Both the position numbers and the translations under genes were made by a program. This document shows, piece by piece, positions 61,571-64,000 of a stretch of 64,000 nucleotides of DNA. Under the pieces are notes generated by a model. It was not told the DNA's origin and ran no database searches. It saw only the letters and a program-made list of their open reading frames with translations. Position 1 is the stretch's first letter; each line of letters starts with the position of its first letter. The stretch spans positions 50,778,001 to 50,842,000 of the forward strand of contig OZ076414.1 of the NCBI GenBank assembly GCA_964187785.1, read 5' to 3'. Origin of the DNA: Amphiscolops sp. MND2022 (Eukaryota).

Positions 61571-62620
61571 TGAAGAAATTCTATTCTCTGAAAGATTATA
61601 TTAGAGCTTTTATCTAATGATCAAAGTGAACTGAATTCAACCGTGAATGAACAGTAGTATTGTGATACAAATGGTGGGTACAATGAGAAAGTGAGACTAT
61701 AGGTCAAAGCAGATAACTGCAGTCTGTAGCACGTGATTATGAGAGCTGAATATTAGCAGATGTATGATAGCAAAATAATGGTCCTGTGGTCTACGTGGCC
61801 CTAGTATATATAGTAGTCACAGCATGACACTCATAATATTAACAATCATTGTAAAAAAAGCATCAAAGACCTAACGTCACAATGACGTTATGTTCTCAAG
61901 ACCAAAAATAGCATTAGATAAATAAAGTCTAAAAAGTCATATTTCATCTTCACTCACTTCACGTTGATTTGTTTACATAGTAGTTTTGATAAATTACATG
62001 TAGTGGATCAGCGGTCCAAAATAACTAGCATCGACTGAATGGATTTCACTGTACTTAGATGTGATTTGCAAATCAGTGTAAACACTACAAGTGCTTCATG
62101 TTAAGGACTAGCGGTCCAAACAGCTAATGGCGGAGAAGAAAATTAGCACAATAATAGCACAAGTGAATGAATGATAAGCGCTGATTGGATAATAAAGTAA
62201 AAAGGACCACACGTCGAATTGACTAGTTGAGGCGTCAATTCGGACGCGTTTCCTTTCAACTTTCCAGTTACTGTTATACTACAAATTGACATTTATACAG
62301 CTAATTCAAAGCGTATGGCTTTCTGGTTTACATGTCAAATAGCTACAAATCATAATAAATCAATGAATGAACTATAATTATACTATATTCCGCATGTTAA
62401 GCACAGGAAATACAATTTCAACTATAGGTCGCACTTAGGCGAATGGACCGACGGTCCGTAAAACTTTAAAATTATATAAATGGACAGTTTTTAACGACTA
62501 GATGTTTATAAAAGTTGTTCTAACGTGGACTGACGGTCCACGTGGCTTATAGAGGCAAAACACCTCTATCGTTTGCCATCACTTGGTACAAATTCTCATC
62601 GCAGGCGGCAGTCTGCGACA
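60998..62620 (-). mobile_element. LTR-like unit (~1.6 kb, TGTCGC..GCGACA termini) carrying a gag-like ORF start
   Basis: Inverted hexamer termini at 62615-62620 and 60998-61003, TATA-like TATATATA at ~61806-61813, and an ORF running to the GCGACA end. No TSD was found. Confidence 0.4.
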
Positions 62621-64000
62621 GTAAAATCTTAGCTCTATTGCAACGCGGGCTCCATAATCAGCCAATGAGTCATGTTTTCTATTTCTGTCAACGATTTTAA
62701 CACTGGCTATCGAGGAGCCCGAGTATAACTATGAGCAAATATCTTGTCTCCGCAGGTCTCAAATGGCTCCTAGTTTTCTAGTTTCCATTTGGGTTGTCTG
62801 TATTCAAAACTATTTTTCAGTTCCTAATCCAGTATAATTGATTTGCGCGTGTTAAATATCATTTATGGCGTTGCGAACCAAAACAAATACTTCGACGGAG
62901 GAGTCTTTACCAGCAAACACCAATAGTTCAATACGTTGCCTGAGGTTCACATTTCGTGAAAATTCAAGGCTCTCAATACATTTCCCAAATACATACAATC
63001 ACTCAAGGACCTATTATTACATGCTTCACGTACAATTTTCCACTTGTCTTGAAATTTAACCATGGGGCGACACTGAGGTTCCCCATGACCTTTCCGGTGC
63101 CATCCAACGCCCCTATATGCCGAGTAATAGAGTCCTACTATTGATGATTTCCCAGTAATTTAATATCCGCATAGATTGTTTACTTAACGGCTGTTACTCC
63201 CCTGTAAGTTAGTGATACAGCTGGCCTCTCGGTGGCAATTCGTTATGATGATTCGTTTTGAGGTTTTACAAGCCAATGTTTTCTTTTGGGCCAACGGGTC
63301 CAGTTTTGTGTAACTTAGCTCAACAAAGCTCCCCGCTCGTTGGAACAATCAATATAACTTTCATATATTTTACTTGATCGTGTCAAATCAGTATCGTGAT
63401 TGTATGGTCGACTGGTAAAGAAATACAAAGATTCAAGTTTAGCTTTCAAAACCCTAGAGGTCCACCAAAGTAGGCAAACGATTCAATACCCTCATTACAA
63501 CGCCAATCGGGGAAATTTTGATTTTTTCAAGAAGTGACAAAAGTTGGTTTTCTCACTCACCAAAATGTGTTGATAAGAATTCACAAACGTTGTGCACTTC
63601 AAAGAAAATGACACTGTTGCCAAAATGATTGAAGAATTCACAAACTAATATTAGCAGTGCAAAAATGAAATTTTCAAGAAATGAGAAAATTGATTTGTGG
63701 ATTCTTCATAATAATGATATTCTATGCTGCACATGTAACATCATTGGTGTGAGGATTCTTCGCATTTTGTCATTTCTTCTACACTTTGAGGTGTGAGCTT
63801 TCACTAGTACATACATAGGCTATGAGCTTTCGATTCCATATATGTTATACTAACTCAGGAGCGTTGCAGTCGCAGCCTTGGGGTGGTTTTCAACTTTTTT
63901 GATGTGCGGTTGAGAGTGTTGAGTCTGAGAATATTTTTGATCAAAATGAAACTCTGTATAATTCTGTCTCAGAGATCAACTCTCTCCGACGGATTCAAAC

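Noticed and set aside
60993-62625. Clean solo LTR
   Set aside because: The flanks CAACA and GTAAA do not form a TSD.
63096-63116. IGALDGT as a Harbinger transposase catalytic motif
   Set aside because: It is a single short match, and I could not find the other DDE motifs or TIRs.

Overview
AT-rich, repeat-dense animal genomic DNA, not prokaryotic. The repeat families resemble those I recall from acoel flatworm assemblies, which is inference only. The window is dominated by one 10-exon DEG/ENaC (ASIC/degenerin-family) channel gene on the + strand, 4639..54796. I reconstructed it by hand from GT/AG sites with consistent phases: 1899 nt, 632 aa. The channel lacks the pre-TM1 HG motif, has GLS in place of the GAS filter, and has Lys where TM2 normally has Glu. 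Intron 7 (22.9 kb) holds two elements. The first is a young Ty3/Gypsy retrotransposon (22143..27991) with identical 192-bp LTRs, a CATC TSD, a WLDD RT motif and a ~260-aa unexplained pol insert. The second is a decayed BEL/Pao element on the minus strand (29011..36333) with a TAAAC TSD and asymmetric LTRs. The remainder is introns and flanks filled with Helentron/HINE-like non-autonomous elements, foldback palindromes, MITEs, a LINE endonuclease remnant, a tRNA-Glu-like pseudogene and gag-like remnants. No CRISPR array, rRNA or intact tRNA is supported.
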